Shown here piece by piece: positions 63,544-64,000 of a DNA stretch of 64,000 nucleotides. The notes below the pieces were generated by a model, which was not told the origin of the DNA, made no database searches, and saw nothing but the letters and a program-made list of their open reading frames with translations. The first letter of the stretch is position 1. The number at the start of each line of letters is the position of its first letter. The stretch is from NCBI GenBank assembly GCA_964270895.1, contig OZ185440.1; one strand, given 5' to 3'. The stretch comes from Podarcis filfolensis. Its lineage: Eukaryota. The translations under genes were made by a program, and so were the position numbers.

Positions 63544-63715
63544 CTTTCCGAAGCAAAAGACAACATGCAATTATCAAGCAGGAGCACCATGCAGTAAGAG
63601 GAAACACTGGATTGAAACATAAGCTTGCTAACGTGAAAAGTGGCAGCTGCATAAATAACATTGGTAAGGAATGCTTAAAAGACAGGTTTGCAAATGGGGA
63701 TTTCTGTTGTACAAA

Positions 63716-63770
63716 GAATCATAGAATTGTGGAGTTGGAAGGGTCATATAGTACAACCCCCTGCAAACAG
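63716..63770 (-). mobile_element. 3' stub of the CR1-tailed SINE (or CR1 3' end)
   Basis: gaatcatagaattgtggagttggaagggtcatatagtacaaccccctgcaa is the reverse complement of the tails at 11820-11876 and 24980-25038. Confidence 0.7.
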
Positions 63771-64000
63771 AATGATCTCAAGGCCATTAGCAACACCTCT
63801 TCGTCTGTTTCAATTCTCAAAACAAAATCCAGTCTTTCTAGAAATCTAAGAATACATGTGGTGATTTTGTGAAAAATCATTTGCATTCTGCACAAATATT
63901 CTATCAGGAAGGTTGAATTATGTGTTCATGCTGAATTGTCCATTCATTGAATGGTCTGCTCTTGCTTCACTGATATTTTACTGTTTTTTTAAATATTATG

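Noticed and set aside
1-64000. CRISPR arrays, operons, prophage, rRNA or an intact autonomous transposon
   Set aside because: The sequence is eukaryotic intron/exon DNA; there are no regularly spaced repeat-spacer units, no rRNA-like segments and no long transposase or RT ORF.

Overview
Vertebrate genomic DNA, most likely a lacertid lizard (inferred from Sauria-SINE copies). The right half (about 32-64 kb) carries the 3' part of TRIM33 (TIF1-gamma/ectodermin) on the minus strand. I placed 16 coding exons by hand (human-equivalent exons 5-20, numbering from memory). All are phase-consistent and give 807 codons plus a stop: coiled coil, TIF1 signature, Q/P-rich middle region, PHD finger, bromodomain and C-terminal NLS. 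The 5' exons (RING, B-boxes) lie beyond position 64000. A probable 3'UTR of about 5.6 kb holds four AATAAA signals and a hAT-type insertion with a nested MITE. The left half (1-32 kb) has no protein-coding gene I can support. It is a mosaic of SINEs, LINE fragments, DNA-transposon MITEs, microsatellites and several repeat-free blocks that may be conserved non-coding elements. I found no convincing new biological system. The best leads are post-transcriptional: a GC-AG intron, the 51-nt bromodomain cassette exon, two candidate stop-containing cryptic exons, and tandem polyadenylation. The cryptic exons and enhancer calls are inferences that need conservation or RNA-seq data.
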